Source of the DNA: Enterobacter sp. RHBSTW-00994 | Lineage (GTDB): Bacteria; Pseudomonadota; Gammaproteobacteria; Enterobacterales; Enterobacteriaceae | DNA length: 40,000 nt | Direction of reading: 5' to 3' | Assembly: GCF_013782625.1 (NCBI RefSeq) | Contig: NZ_CP056199.1 | Span: 288,588-328,587 of the forward strand | Part shown: piece after piece, positions 39,515 through 40,000 of the stretch | Layout of the letters: each line of letters opens with the position of its first letter | Position numbering within the stretch: the stretch's first letter is position 1 | Translations under genes and position numbers: made by a program | Notes under the pieces: generated by a model | What the model was told of the DNA's origin: nothing | What the model saw: only the letters and a program-made list of their open reading frames with translations | Databases searched by the model: none

Positions 39515-39612
39515 TTATTCCCTCTCCCCGGAGGGAGAGGGTTAGGGTGAGGGGGAAAGGTGCGGTCTGATGCCCTCACCCCGGCCCTCTCCCGTCAGGA
39601 GAGGGGGAGAAC
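39515..39612. repeat. pair of REP-like elements in inverted orientation (BIME-like)
   Basis: Unit 1 is ccctctccc (39520-39528) pairing with gggagaggg (39533-39541), followed by ttagggtgaggggg. Unit 2 runs in the opposite sense: ctgatgccctcacccc, then ccctctcc (39585-39592) pairing with ggagaggg (39598-39605). Confidence 0.75.
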
Positions 39613-39616
39613 AGCG

Positions 39617-40000
39617 CTATGATGGCATCGCGATGGCCTGCTTCTCTTCGAGCAGTTTTTCCACCACGCCAGGATCGGCGAGTGTTGAAGTATCACCGAG
39701 GTTACTGGTGTCACCTGCGGCGATTTTGCGCAAGATACGGCGCATAATTTTGCCGGAGCGGGTCTTCGGCAGCGAGTCTGTCCAGTGCAGGACATCCGGT
39801 GTTGCAAGCGGGCCAATCTCTTTACGCACCCAGTTGCGCACATCAGCATACAGCTCAGGCGACGGTTCTTCGCCGTGGTTGAGCGTGACATAGGCGTAAA
39901 TCGCCTGACCTTTAATGTTATGTGGAATACCTACCACGGCGGCTTCAGCAATTTTCGGATGAGATACCAGTGCCGATTCAATCTCGGCGGTCCCCAAACG
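39617..40000 (-). CDS. acs: acetyl-CoA synthetase, 3' end (gene continues off the right edge)
   Basis: The C-terminus ...[51 protein letters not shown] matches E. coli Acs, including the catalytic Lys motif SGKIMRR. Confidence 0.95.
   Translation of the reverse strand, partial: RLGTAEIESALVSHPKIAEAAVVGIPHNIKGQAIYAYVTLNHGEEPSPELYADVRNWVRKEIGPLATPDVLHWTDSLPKTRSGKIMRRILRKIAAGDTSNLGDTSTLADPGVVEKLLEEKQAIAMPS

Noticed and set aside
39475-39579. 35-codon N-terminal extension of yjcH (MRASDRTFPPHPNPLPPGRGNNDK...).
   Set aside because: The extension is a translation of the REP-like element pair. E. coli YjcH begins at the equivalent of MNDINIYQ.

Overview
The window is an enterobacterial chromosome segment. 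The core genes run in the E. coli K-12 order alr, tyrB, aphA, yjbR, uvrA, ssb, yjcB, pdeC, soxS, soxR, ghxP, yjcE, actP, yjcH, acs (b4053-b4069). The core proteins are clearly diverged from K-12. The glutathione S-transferase after soxR, the LysR-LrgAB block and the CCCTCTCCC/GGGAGAGGG REP-like hairpins suggest a Citrobacter/Salmonella-like relative, but that guess is weak.

Three kinds of accessory DNA interrupt the backbone:
- (1) A ~5.1 kb islet sits between alr and tyrB (353-5438). It carries a non-phage holin-like/GH24-lysozyme cassette, a paralogous pair of unknown proteins, a signal-peptide barnase-fold protein whose canonical catalytic residues are all substituted, an orphan DUF2235/Tle1-like lipase and an orphan LuxR-type regulator.
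- (2) A ~14 kb mosaic sits between ssb and yjcB (11877-25915), the position where Salmonella carries SPI-4. It contains an internally deleted IS10-like element, an EAL-domain gene remnant, a decayed plasmid parMR locus, a divergent pair of pentapeptide-repeat/WcaA-like glycosyltransferase and frameshifted WcaM-like beta-helix protein, and a complete fecIRABCDE ferric-citrate system.
- (3) Smaller differences from K-12 are an extra GAF/PAS/GGDEF cyclase upstream of pdeC, a GST between soxR and ghxP, and a LysR regulator with LrgA/LrgB-like genes where K-12 has yjcF.

The best candidate for an undescribed system is islet (1). Its logic resembles holin/peptidoglycan-hydrolase (type 10) secretion or a suicide/abortive-infection module, but I cannot place the gene combination in any described system. 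All family assignments come from reading the translations and from remembered reference sequences. No database search was run.
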